A stretch of 43,042 nt of DNA, taken from IMG/VR virus record IMGVR_UViG_3300033153_008504, positions 1 to 43,042 of that record, one strand, 5' to 3'. This document shows, in pieces, positions 27,607 through 36,234 of this stretch; position 1 is the first letter of the stretch; every line of letters begins with the position of its first letter. The translations under genes were made by a program, and so were the position numbers. Source of the DNA: a virus. Its lineage: Duplodnaviria; Caudoviricetes. Under the pieces are notes generated by a model. The model saw only the letters and a list, made by a program, of their open reading frames with translations. It ran no database searches and was not told the origin of the DNA.

Positions 27607-27816
27607 TCACTTACTTGGGTTTTCCTTTAAATCTTCCCCAGTGTTGCCTTGTACTTCGGCTTCACTTTGGATACCACTTTTAATTACTCTATAAAATGTA
27701 GCTAATGGTATATCTAAAACATCCGCCAAGTCTTTCATTGTTATTTCATTCTTCATTTCCGCCCATACCTTACATATTATTTTATTTCTTATTGCTTTTC
27801 TTGTTTTTTTATCCAT
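27607..27816 (-). CDS. Small helix-turn-helix DNA-binding protein
   Basis: ITMKDLADVLDIPLATFYRVIK. Confidence 0.75.
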   Translation of the reverse strand: MDKKTRKAIRNKIICKVWAEMKNEITMKDLADVLDIPLATFYRVIKSGIQSEAEVQGNTGEDLKENPSK

Positions 27817-27839
27817 AAATTGTTTCCATTTCTATTATC

Positions 27840-27867
27840 ATTTTAGCATACCCAGAGATAATGTCAA
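27840..27867 (-). promoter_or_regulatory. Sigma70-type promoter for the HTH/early operon
   Basis: TTGACA-N16(..ggtatgc)-TAAAAT. Confidence 0.7.
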
Positions 27868-27878
27868 GATGTTAATAA

Positions 27879-28067
27879 CTATAAATCTATCACCGTATTA
27901 TATTCCACCTCGTTTTCCTTTTGGAATTTATTAGCCTCTTTGGCCGCTTCCTCTAAAGTATCAAATTCAGGAAACTTATCGCCATACTTCCCACCACTTG
28001 CATCTCGGTGTTCTATTATCCACTTGTTGTTTTTTTTGGCTATTAAAATGTAGTTATTGGAGGACAT
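27879..28067 (-). CDS. Hypothetical protein
   Basis: 62 aa with 'FDTLEEA' motif common in small phage proteins. Confidence 0.6.
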   Translation of the reverse strand: MSSNNYILIAKKNNKWIIEHRDASGGKYGDKFPEFDTLEEAAKEANKFQKENEVEYNTVIDL

Positions 28068-28082
28068 ATCTTTTATTAGGTG

Positions 28083-28208
28083 TTAATTTAATGGGGCTTC
28101 TAAATAGATATCTTTACTAATATCATAAACCGCCCAACCAGATAAACCTCCAAGTATTCCTAAAATAGCCAGAACTATTAAGATTAGAAATGTTTTAAGT
28201 ATTTTCAT
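28083..28208 (-). CDS. 41-aa peptide with an N-terminal transmembrane helix (not in ORF track)
   Basis: MKILKTFLILIVLAILGILGGLSGWAVYDISKDIYLEAPLN*. Confidence 0.6.
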   Translation of the reverse strand: MKILKTFLILIVLAILGILGGLSGWAVYDISKDIYLEAPLN

Positions 28209-28219
28209 ATTATTATTTA

Positions 28220-28651
28220 GTTATTATCTTACCTTTGCAAAGAGGGTCTTTCTTTTACCGTCTAAGCAAAAGATTATTATCTCACCTTTCCCCAGCATTA
28301 GAGGACTGGGTTCCTCAGTATGGCATATAGGATTTGGTTATAGTGAGCGTAGACCCTCAAGAAAGCACCAACCAATTTAAGTCGTTCCTATAATTTGACT
28401 TTCTACGACTGTGAAAATTATTTCCTCGGTTCTGGGCGGGATTTCAGCTTAATGCCGAGACAGGGCTTTCGCCCTCCTACCCAGAACCCAAGAAATAATC
28501 TTGGGTAGTTTGCTTTGCTATGCTTTGCTCGGCTCTGCTTTGCTATACTAAGCTAAGCTCCGCTCTGCTTTGACTTAAAAGCCCCCTACCGATGAAGGCT
28601 GGGGGCATAAGTTTGAATTCAAGCTTATAATGATGATACCTTCATCGGATA
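28220..28651 (-). ncRNA. Putative multi-domain structured RNA region
   Basis: About 430 nt with no ORF in the track, downstream of a consensus promoter; contains pseudoknot-type elements, a three-way junction with a GAAA tetraloop and a pentamer array. Confidence 0.6.
28511..28570. repeat. Twelve tandem 5-bp units (nGCTn)
   Basis: tgctt tgcta tgctt tgctc ggctc tgctt tgcta tacta agcta agctc cgctc tgctt. Confidence 0.85.
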
Positions 28652-28656
28652 TTCCC

Positions 28657-28684
28657 ATTATAGCATACCAAGAAGTAATGTCAA
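28657..28684 (-). promoter_or_regulatory. Consensus sigma70 promoter with extended -10
   Basis: TTGACA-N16(..ggtatgc)-TATAAT. Confidence 0.8.
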
Positions 28685-28690
28685 TAGCTA

Positions 28691-28717
28691 AACAAAACCT
28701 GCCCAATTAAGGGCAGG
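28691..28717 (-). terminator. Intrinsic terminator after the lysis genes
   Basis: cctgccc-ttaatt-gggcagg-ttttgtt. Confidence 0.7.
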
Positions 28718-28857
28718 AATTACTTGTAGCCAATCCTTCCTTTCTCATAACTTCTATGGGTTTATTGGAAAATCCTGTTCCCCCTTTGAAATTTCCTCTA
28801 AACTTCAAATAAGGGCGGTAGCCATTATCCCAAAGTTATAAGCAGGTGAGGTTTCGC

Positions 28858-29316
28858 TTAAATACAATTATCTTTTGTGCCCCATCTCCACAACTGTCCA
28901 TCAGTTATGAGGCGGTCAGCACATTCTATTTGCAAAGAACAATCCATTATGTCATCTAACAATCCATATTCTTCCACGCATTTTTCTTGCCAAGTTATTT
29001 TACCAAATTGTAAACACCCAAATTTCGGCAAACCATCTATATCACAAGGATTTATAGCATTGTGGTTTCCACTGCTTTCTTTCATTATCAGACATTCTAT
29101 TAAATCGCCATTAGTATAAACATAAGGCAGGTAAGTCGGAGAAATAGAAATTAAGGTGTTAAAACCTAAATAAATACCTTCTAATTCCCGTTTTAAGGGC
29201 TCTCTCGCTGGTTTTTGGGCAAAAATGGTAGTAGACACCATAAGCCATAATAATAGCACCAAAATCAACAAAAGGATATACAAGAAAAAGCGTCTATTAT
29301 ATGGTTCTTCTAACAT
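28858..29316 (-). CDS. Lytic transglycosylase/lysozyme-fold protein with an N-terminal TM segment (putative endolysin)
   Basis: LIMKESSGNHNAIN (catalytic ES), GCLQF; hydrophobic N-terminus; next to the holin. Confidence 0.75.
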   Translation of the reverse strand: MLEEPYNRRFFLYILLLILVLLLWLMVSTTIFAQKPAREPLKRELEGIYLGFNTLISISPTYLPYVYTNGDLIECLIMKESSGNHNAINPCDIDGLPKFGCLQFGKITWQEKCVEEYGLLDDIMDCSLQIECADRLITDGQLWRWGTKDNCI

Positions 29317-29549
29317 TATTTCTTAACTACTTTGGTGATGTCAAATAATCCAGAAGCGGAAAGTCCGCAGGCAAGTCCTGTCAATATCGTCAAAGGAGTA
29401 AAAGTTAGTGTTCCGATAAGATTTAATCCAAAGCCAACAACTAATGCGACTAATGGAAGGAACCTTCTTGGGCAACCCACTCTCTTGATTATTTCGGTAA
29501 CGCCAGTTGTAATAAGAACTAACGCACTGAATGATAAGAGTTCACTCAT
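29316..29549 (-). CDS. Putative holin
   Basis: 77 aa, 2-3 TM helices, 'TEIIKR.G.P.RFLPL', 'GLSASGLFD', basic C-terminus. Confidence 0.75.
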   Translation of the reverse strand: MSELLSFSALVLITTGVTEIIKRVGCPRRFLPLVALVVGFGLNLIGTLTFTPLTILTGLACGLSASGLFDITKVVKK

Positions 29550-29582
29550 AATATTTCCTCTGTTAAGTTAATAATATGACCT

Positions 29583-30098
29583 TTAGCCCAGTTTCATTGA
29601 AAGGGGCTCATATCTCCATTTATCTATTGTAAACTTACTACCGTCATATAGCTTACAGCTATCTTTAATAGCGTCGTAAAAATAAATGTTATAATCAGGC
29701 GTTATCAAACAATTCCAAAAGTGCCCAGACTTCCACCTGCCCGTATTAACATCATAAATGTGCCCGTGAACAGAGCCAGCCGAGTTTATCCCAAATATCT
29801 CTGACATTCTGGCTGAAAAGGAATGCGTAAAATTGTCGCAATCGTGGCGTTCCTTTCTATATTTCTGTTCTTTTGTCCAATCATATTCTATTATTTCTGT
29901 CCAATCACTTAAAGGAATTAAATAATATGTCCCGTCGTGGAAAGTTATGTTTTTGAAATACTTGCCGATTTTCGCCTCTATTTCAAAAGCACCAACCTTA
30001 ATTGGCTTTAAGTTAAAAGATTTCCTAAGTATGGACATTCCATTGGTTATTAATGTCCTACCAAGTTTGCGTCCTATTAAATCTATTTTAGTAGCCAT
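29583..30098 (-). CDS. Papain/transglutaminase-like Cys-His protein; start moved to MATKIDL
   Basis: Y....HDCDNF, GHFWNC, YFYDA; the track's upstream 29 codons overlap a structured element. Confidence 0.6.
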   Translation of the reverse strand: MATKIDLIGRKLGRTLITNGMSILRKSFNLKPIKVGAFEIEAKIGKYFKNITFHDGTYYLIPLSDWTEIIEYDWTKEQKYRKERHDCDNFTHSFSARMSEIFGINSAGSVHGHIYDVNTGRWKSGHFWNCLITPDYNIYFYDAIKDSCKLYDGSKFTIDKWRYEPLSMKLG

Positions 30099-30104
30099 GA
30101 TAAT

Positions 30105-30194
30105 AGCGGGGGAGTAGTTGCGAATAGCCCGCTTTTTTGAAGTTGTCCTATCAGGACATCTTGTTTTTGTTGAACTTTCGCCCAACTACTCCCC
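30105..30194. promoter_or_regulatory. Hairpin whose loop is complementary to a segment ~50 nt away (pseudoknot/switch); terminator-like on the + strand
   Basis: agcggg(30105-10)/cccgct(30128-33) followed by T tract; ggagtagttg(30111-20) pairs with caactactcc(30183-92). Confidence 0.55.
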
Positions 30195-30248
30195 TTTGGA
30201 TTAAGCCCCTTAACGGAGCAAAGAACGATAGGTAGGACAGGGACTTTG

Positions 30249-30554
30249 TTAGTGTATCCTACCCGTTGACCATAAGACAGCCTGTTGGTGATGGCGTTTC
30301 TTGATGCGAACTCTGATACGGAGGTCATCTATTCCACAATGGTGCAGAAGATATGAATGAAAACGGGTTATCTTATCTCTGCTGTTGAGAACGTGTTTCC
30401 TCATATCGTCTGAACAAATACTGATGGCCTCTATGCTTGCGGATTGGTAAACATCCATTAATTTCAGGTAAATTTCTCCTACTTGAATTGCGTCGCTGAT
30501 GTGAAACCAAATTCCCTGTTTTGGACAAATGGTTTGCCATAATTCACCTTTCAT
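30249..30554 (-). CDS. Hypothetical protein with its own promoter and SD
   Basis: 101 aa; GAGGT upstream of the ATG; promoter at 30582-30610. Confidence 0.5.
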   Translation of the reverse strand: MKGELWQTICPKQGIWFHISDAIQVGEIYLKLMDVYQSASIEAISICSDDMRKHVLNSRDKITRFHSYLLHHCGIDDLRIRVRIKKRHHQQAVLWSTGRIH

Positions 30555-30581
30555 TTCGCACCTCTACTTTCTGGCTGTCTT

Positions 30582-30610
30582 ATTGTATCACACATAAAGA
30601 GCAATGTCAA
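30582..30610 (-). promoter_or_regulatory. Sigma70-type promoter
   Basis: TTGACA-N17-TACAAT with TG extended -10. Confidence 0.7.
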
Positions 30611-30752
30611 GTTGAAAACTATTGTCTTTTATTCTATCTCCTATTCTACTGGCTAATATTTTGTGGTGCCATTATCAGAATTAATCTGTATTCCCACTGG
30701 ATTTTCAACCAGCATATAACCAGCAGAGTAAGAGACAGAATATTTAAAAGAA

Positions 30753-31007
30753 CTATTTACTTAACAATATATTTATAAGACCTGCGATTAAAGCTCCTAC
30801 AGAAGCTCCTGCTACTAACCAGTAGTTTTTCTTTAACCAGTTTAAATCGGTTTTCACCTTTGCCATATCTGTTTGAATTTTTCCCATCTCGTGGTTCATA
30901 GTAGCGATATGACCTTCTACCGTAGCTATTCTTCTGTCTTGTTCTTCGTTTTTAACTCTATTTCCGTTGTTATTTTCCATTGGCTTTTTATTGTTTATTA
31001 TTGACAT
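30753..31007 (-). CDS. Coiled-coil plus C-terminal TM protein (XhlA/haemolysin-like lysis-associated)
   Basis: RRIATVE...DLNWLKK followed by a hydrophobic helix. Confidence 0.6.
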   Translation of the reverse strand: MSIINNKKPMENNNGNRVKNEEQDRRIATVEGHIATMNHEMGKIQTDMAKVKTDLNWLKKNYWLVAGASVGALIAGLINILLSK

Positions 31008-31013
31008 AGACCT

Positions 31014-33494
31014 TTATAAACTTTCCCCTAATTTATTGCTAATATAATTAAAACATACCCCGTGAAGCTCTACTGTATCTGTAATGGTGTCTTGGACATC
31101 AGCTGAAAGACGGGTTAATTTGAAAGAAATAGTAGCATCAGTATCGCTTGGAGCGTTTATTCCTGCAACATTAGCGACTACTAATCCGTTAGCAGTAGCG
31201 GACGCTGAACTGACTATCGTAATGGTTTCTTCCCCGTCTTGGGTTAAATCTTCATTTTCTGAAAACCAGCGGTATTTTAATTGCCATTTTACATTTCCTG
31301 TTGAAGCCGAACTCCACCCAATTCTTAATGTTGGAGGTTCACTTCTATCCATACTGTAAGGAATAGCAATTCTCCAGCTTACGCTTTCTTGGTTTGCCTC
31401 TACTCCCTCATCAGAGAATTCCCACGCCGAAGTTTCTAATGTTCCAAATGATACTTCAGTAGCTGGTTTAGCGCCCGGCGCTTTTATTCCTGCCGCATCT
31501 ATCCATAAGTCCTTGGTTACTCTGGCTGTTCCGTGTAGATTTATTTCGCCATCTGTTTTTATTTCAGTATAATTAGTTTCTCCGCCAATTGTGGCTTCTC
31601 CAGCGATAATGCCATGTGCTCCTAAATCTAAATCGGTTGTAGCTCCTGTGTAGGGGACATAGCCAGATAAATCTGGCACGAGACGCCACTCTGCTCTGTC
31701 CCAGTATTTTAATACCCCTGACGGTGCTTCACTGGGGCTTGGGCTTGGGCTTACCGAAGGCGAAGGGCTTGGGCTTAATGAAGCACTAGGCGAAACGCTT
31801 GGCGACGGGCTTGGCGAGACAGAGGGGCTTAATGAAGGCGATAATGATGGAGAGAGAGAAGCCGATGGGCTAACAGACGGGGATACGGACGGACTGGGAC
31901 TTGGTGAAATACTGGGGCTTAAACTGGGGCTTTCTGACGGAGATGGTGAAGGAGACAAGCTGGGAGAGATAGATGGACTTAATGAAGCTGACGGGCTAAC
32001 ACTGGGAGATACGCTTGGACTAGGGCTGGGAGACAAGCTGGGCGAAAGCGAAGGACTAGGGCTTGGACTAACGCTTGGGCTTAAGCTAGGGCTGGGTGAA
32101 GGACTAATAGATGGTGATAACGATGGGCTTGGTGATGGTGATAACGATGGAGAAGGACTTTCTCCGATTGACGGAGAAGGACTAGGCGATATACTGGGGC
32201 TTATAGAAGGACTATGACTGGGCGATAAACTTGGGGACAAAGAAGCGCTTGGACTTATAGATGGTGAAACACTCGCACTTTCACTTGGGGAAGGACTTGG
32301 CGACAGGGACGGACTAACGCTCGGGCTTGGCGATGGTGAAATACTGGGAGAAAGAGAAGCTGAAGGACTTAAACTTGGACTAGGAGATGGTGAAATGCTG
32401 GGTGATAAGCTGGCACTTGGGCTGATAGAGGGTGATGGACTTGGCGAGACAGAGGGGCTAATAGAAGCAGATGGGCTTTGAGAGGGCGAGGGAGAAGGAG
32501 AAATACTTGGTGAAACTGAAGGCGAAGCACTAGGCGAAGGGCTAGGCGATATACTCGGACTTAATGAAGGACTAGCGCTTGGACTAGGGCTTGGGGATAG
32601 CGAAGGGGATAAACTCGCACTAGGGCTTACAGACGGAGAAACACTTGGAGATGGCGATGGGCTTAAACTCGGTGATAAAGAGAGCGATAAAGAAGGACTT
32701 GGCGACGGGCTGACAGACGGGCTAAGAGATGGGCTGGCAGAACCAACCGCTGGCACCCAGAATATCCCTTGTTTTTTAAACATCTGAAAGGGATTTGTAT
32801 AAAGAGCTTTTATTTCATCAGCACTCAACGCCCTATTATATATCATTACATTGTCGAGTTCGCCGTTCCAAGAATTACTACCAGTGAAAGAAATCGAAAA
32901 GTCGAAATCGCTATTCGTTATATCCTTACCGTTAAACGAGCTAATACTGAAAGAGCCTACATTCTGCCCGTCCAAGTAGAATGTGACATTAGCACTTCTG
33001 TCAGCCACAGCCATCACATGATGCCAATTGTTATCTTGAATCCCTAATGAACTGTTTGAAACAGGATATATCCTTGTTGAACCATCTGAGATAGAAAGAG
33101 ACAACCTGTCATTTGTATTATTATAAAAAAACCAATATCCCTCAGTGGTTACAGTATTTCCTCCTTTAATAACAATAGTCTGAAATTCGTTGGCCTGTGT
33201 CTTTATCCATGCTGAAATAGTTATATCTGAAACACCCATTTCTAAGATTGAGGGATTTCCACAATCAACATAATCCGAAGTTCCATCAGAGTTTAGGCAA
33301 GAGCCGTATTTGCCAGCAGTAAAATGTGTATCTGCTTGTAAAGTGCCTGTATTCCCGTATCCACTTAAATCATAGACCTTACTACCTCTCCCCTCATTCA
33401 TTAGCCACCACCCAACTAAACCTTTAATTAAAGGGTGGTTTTTATCATACTTTGCCCCTAAATGAGGTTTTTTTATTCGGTGATAAGGGAACAT
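31014..33494 (-). CDS. LamG/ConA-like domain + ~335 aa Ser/Pro mucin-like tract + C-terminal fibre-like domain
   Basis: GLVGWWLMNEG.G..VYDLSGYGN.GTL, TISAWIK, WHHV, GELDNVMIYNRALSADEI..LY; 'YVPYTGATTDLDLG' fibre motif. Confidence 0.85.
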   Translation of the reverse strand: MFPYHRIKKPHLGAKYDKNHPLIKGLVGWWLMNEGRGSKVYDLSGYGNTGTLQADTHFTAGKYGSCLNSDGTSDYVDCGNPSILEMGVSDITISAWIKTQANEFQTIVIKGGNTVTTEGYWFFYNNTNDRLSLSISDGSTRIYPVSNSSLGIQDNNWHHVMAVADRSANVTFYLDGQNVGSFSISSFNGKDITNSDFDFSISFTGSNSWNGELDNVMIYNRALSADEIKALYTNPFQMFKKQGIFWVPAVGSASPSLSPSVSPSPSPSLSLSLSPSLSPSPSPSVSPSVSPSASLSPSLSPSPSPSASPSLSPSISPSPSPSASPSVSPSISPSPSPSQSPSASISPSVSPSPSPSISPSASLSPSISPSPSPSLSPSASLSPSISPSPSPSVSPSLSPSPSPSESASVSPSISPSASLSPSLSPSHSPSISPSISPSPSPSIGESPSPSLSPSPSPSLSPSISPSPSPSLSPSVSPSPSPSLSPSLSPSPSPSVSPSVSPSASLSPSISPSLSPSPSPSESPSLSPSISPSPSPSVSPSVSPSASLSPSLSPSLSPSVSPSPSPSVSPSASLSPSPSPSVSPSPSPSEAPSGVLKYWDRAEWRLVPDLSGYVPYTGATTDLDLGAHGIIAGEATIGGETNYTEIKTDGEINLHGTARVTKDLWIDAAGIKAPGAKPATEVSFGTLETSAWEFSDEGVEANQESVSWRIAIPYSMDRSEPPTLRIGWSSASTGNVKWQLKYRWFSENEDLTQDGEETITIVSSASATANGLVVANVAGINAPSDTDATISFKLTRLSADVQDTITDTVELHGVCFNYISNKLGESL

Positions 33495-33937
33495 TAGAAT
33501 TCAAAATTAACTGCTCTATCTTCGTCTTCTGCATCCGTGCTCATTGTGAGAACCGCCACAGGAGTGCAATCTTCTGTTATATCAAAATCTGCTTGGTCAG
33601 AAGGCCAGTTTGAATTATCTGGGCTTTCTTCCAAATAGAGGACAAAGTCCCCGTCAGTTGAGGTTACATCTGCGGTTATCTCAAATATACCCTTAACTCC
33701 AATATAGAGGTTAGAAGAATTATCTTGAATTGTTCCTTCTGTACTTGCTCCAGCATTACCTAATGTCTCTCCCGTATTCAAAAAGGCAGTATTATCGGTT
33801 ATATTAGTTCCATAAGCCATTGCTCCAGAAGTCATCTTCCAAGGGGTCATAATAACAGATATTCTCGCTGCGTTATCATAGGTTAAGGTCTGGTCTGAAT
33901 TATTAACTACATGTAATCTCCAATATTTACTAAGCAT
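33494..33937 (-). CDS. Hypothetical beta-rich structural protein
   Basis: 147 aa; its stop overlaps the start of the LamG gene. Confidence 0.6.
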   Translation of the reverse strand: MLSKYWRLHVVNNSDQTLTYDNAARISVIMTPWKMTSGAMAYGTNITDNTAFLNTGETLGNAGASTEGTIQDNSSNLYIGVKGIFEITADVTSTDGDFVLYLEESPDNSNWPSDQADFDITEDCTPVAVLTMSTDAEDEDRAVNFEF

Positions 33938-33948
33938 TTTTCTTTTAT

Positions 33949-34323
33949 TTATTTAAGTTTATATTTTTTTAGATAGTCCAACACACTATCTATTATTTCT
34001 ATATCATCATGTAAAAGACCAAGGGCAAAATTACAATTCCTGCAAAGCAATCCTCTTACTATTTTGGTTGTATGACAATGGTCAACTCCTAGTCCACCTT
34101 TTACTTTGGACTGATGTTTTCCACAAATAGCACAACAACCATTTTGTTCATTAAACAACTCATTATACTCCTCTATCATTATACCGTATCTTCTTCTTAA
34201 TCTGCTTCTTTTAGACGCTATTTTAAATTTATTGGTTTTTCTATACCTTTTAATAGTATCTTTATATTTTTTACTATTACGATATTTTTTGCCTCTTTCT
34301 TTTTCTTTTTTTTTATCAAGCAT
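33949..34323 (-). CDS. Endonuclease VII-type HNH homing endonuclease
   Basis: QNGCCAICG...VDHCHTTKIVRGLLCRNCNFALG. Confidence 0.9.
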   Translation of the reverse strand: MLDKKKEKERGKKYRNSKKYKDTIKRYRKTNKFKIASKRSRLRRRYGIMIEEYNELFNEQNGCCAICGKHQSKVKGGLGVDHCHTTKIVRGLLCRNCNFALGLLHDDIEIIDSVLDYLKKYKLK

Positions 34324-34338
34324 AATAAGCTGGTAATA

Positions 34339-34599
34339 TTACTCTCTCGCTTCTAAATTGGACACCCCTGAACTTTCAAGGTCGCCTATCATAGAAGCTA
34401 TATTAGTTTGTCTTGTGCTATACTTCTGCCAGTCCGACCAAATGGCATCTAAAATAGCTGTCTTATTAGCCGCTGTATCTACTTTTCCTGTGGTTGTAGT
34501 TGTAAATGTGCTTTCATCTGTGTCGTCTGTTCTGGTTGCAGATACTTTAACTGTCTTTTCCGATATGCTTATCGGTGTTATGGTTAATTTCCAAGCCAT
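34339..34599 (-). CDS. Hypothetical protein
   Basis: 86 aa, tightly packed in the operon. Confidence 0.6.
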   Translation of the reverse strand: MAWKLTITPISISEKTVKVSATRTDDTDESTFTTTTTGKVDTAANKTAILDAIWSDWQKYSTRQTNIASMIGDLESSGVSNLEARE

Positions 34600-34600
34600 A

Positions 34601-35569
34601 TTATTTTAATTTGTTTAAATCTTCCTCTTTCCAACCTTTAACTGGCATAAACTTTTTAACCAGCCAAGAAAGAGGTTTTATTTGTTTTTTGTATTTGTTA
34701 TTCCAAAATAAATCTTTAATATATTGTTTTGTTTTAACCACATCTTTGCCCTTATTTGGATAAGGAAAGCCGAAATCTCCACCTTGCGTCCTGAACATAT
34801 GGGCATACCAAGTATTGTGGTTTACCAACACCCTGTGCCCTGATAACCACGCCTTACAAGCCAATTCTACGCCTTGATTTCCCCAGCTACCCGCCTTTTC
34901 ATCACATAGATTTAATTCACTATACAGCTTCTTGGTGCACATAAAACAACTTCCCTGCAAACTCATTGTTTCTGTAAAGCCCGTTTTTCTTTGTTTCTTA
35001 TAAGTATCAGTTTTCTTCCATTCGTTAAAGTATTGAAAGTGGGGTTCTGTGTCAAAGCAATACGATACGCTTTGGGGTCGTTCCTTTCCTATCCATTTCA
35101 TATCTTTATAAACTTTACCCCCGCAGTTAGGACATTTTTCTGGGGTTGGTCCTTGATATTTCTTCCATTCGCACTCCTTACATTTCCAGTCAAAAGCCCA
35201 CAAGTTCCTCATAACAGGCACTATCATAGCATCTTCTCTGCCTTTAAATCCTTTTATCATTTTGCGGTCAAATCCCTTATCAAAGCTACAATGGGCGTCT
35301 ACTTTCATTACATATCTGCCCCTCGCTAATCTCCAACCTATGTTAGCTCCGCCCCTCTGTCCTACGGGAGTTTTAGAATAAAATATATTTACCCTTTCGT
35401 GCTGGGGGATTGGCGGGTTAGGGAAGCTCTCATCACAAACTGCTATTATTTCCGTGTCTGCTTCTATGTTTTTTAAGATATCTTCTATTGTTTCCCGCAA
35501 AAATATCTCATTTCTGCTTGGTATAATTATACTCAATTCGCAAGGTTCCATAACATTTTTGTATCCCAA
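34601..35569 (-). CDS. GT-A glycosyltransferase (GT2/ppGalNAc-T-like) with a Zn-ribbon insert
   Basis: LSIIIPSRNE, DAHC, QGSCF, WGNQGVEL..KAW..G, YAHMFR; CKEC..CPNC insert. Confidence 0.85.
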   Translation of the reverse strand: MGYKNVMEPCELSIIIPSRNEIFLRETIEDILKNIEADTEIIAVCDESFPNPPIPQHERVNIFYSKTPVGQRGGANIGWRLARGRYVMKVDAHCSFDKGFDRKMIKGFKGREDAMIVPVMRNLWAFDWKCKECEWKKYQGPTPEKCPNCGGKVYKDMKWIGKERPQSVSYCFDTEPHFQYFNEWKKTDTYKKQRKTGFTETMSLQGSCFMCTKKLYSELNLCDEKAGSWGNQGVELACKAWLSGHRVLVNHNTWYAHMFRTQGGDFGFPYPNKGKDVVKTKQYIKDLFWNNKYKKQIKPLSWLVKKFMPVKGWKEEDLNKLK

Positions 35570-36234
35570 ACTGGGATATCTTTTAATTCATATTCTTTAA
35601 AGTTTTTACAATTTCTCTTGTCCCTAAAATGTTCTATCTTCGTTCTGCCAGTGCCTGATAGGTTCTTCCCGTGCCTTATGTCTATATTTGGATACTTGCT
35701 TATAAAGTTAGCAAATCCGTAATCATCTACATTCCTGCTGTGTCCTGTTCCTGGTTCATATCCATAGAACTTTCTTTCTCTCCCGTTTTCTATTATTTTA
35801 ATCTTCTTCTCATAATGTTGGATTAAGAGCTCCCTATTGGCACATAATTGGGACAGCCATCGGCAGTCATATTTAACAACTATTCTGCCCTTTAATTTAT
35901 ATTTATAAACATTGTTGTTGTAATAGTAGGTATCATCTCTGGGCGGGTCAAACTCAAAATGCGATGGGTGATATAAAACATCGTGTTCTGCCATAAAGAT
36001 ATAATCTGCTTTGCTTTTCTTTAATCCGTATAATATCTGCTTAAACATCATTAGGTATCCCCTTTCTCCTTTTAGGACATAGTTCTGTCCTATATCAACT
36101 GGCTTGTTTAATGACACGGACACAATGGGAAGCCCTATCTTTTTAAGTAATTCTTGAACAAGATTAAATACTTCCTTGTTCTTCATTTTGTTGTCTGTGT
36201 AGTATAAGATTGATTTCATTTTACCCAGAACCAA
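35533..36234 (-). CDS. GT-A-like glycosyltransferase
   Basis: ADYIFMAEHDVLY (DxD-equivalent); located between GT genes. Confidence 0.65.
   Translation of the reverse strand: MVLGKMKSILYYTDNKMKNKEVFNLVQELLKKIGLPIVSVSLNKPVDIGQNYVLKGERGYLMMFKQILYGLKKSKADYIFMAEHDVLYHPSHFEFDPPRDDTYYYNNNVYKYKLKGRIVVKYDCRWLSQLCANRELLIQHYEKKIKIIENGRERKFYGYEPGTGHSRNVDDYGFANFISKYPNIDIRHGKNLSGTGRTKIEHFRDKRNCKNFKEYELKDIPVWDTKMLWNLAN

Noticed and set aside
28417-28499. tRNA or hammerhead ribozyme
   Set aside because: No T-loop/anticodon-arm layout or CCA end, and no CUGANGA core.
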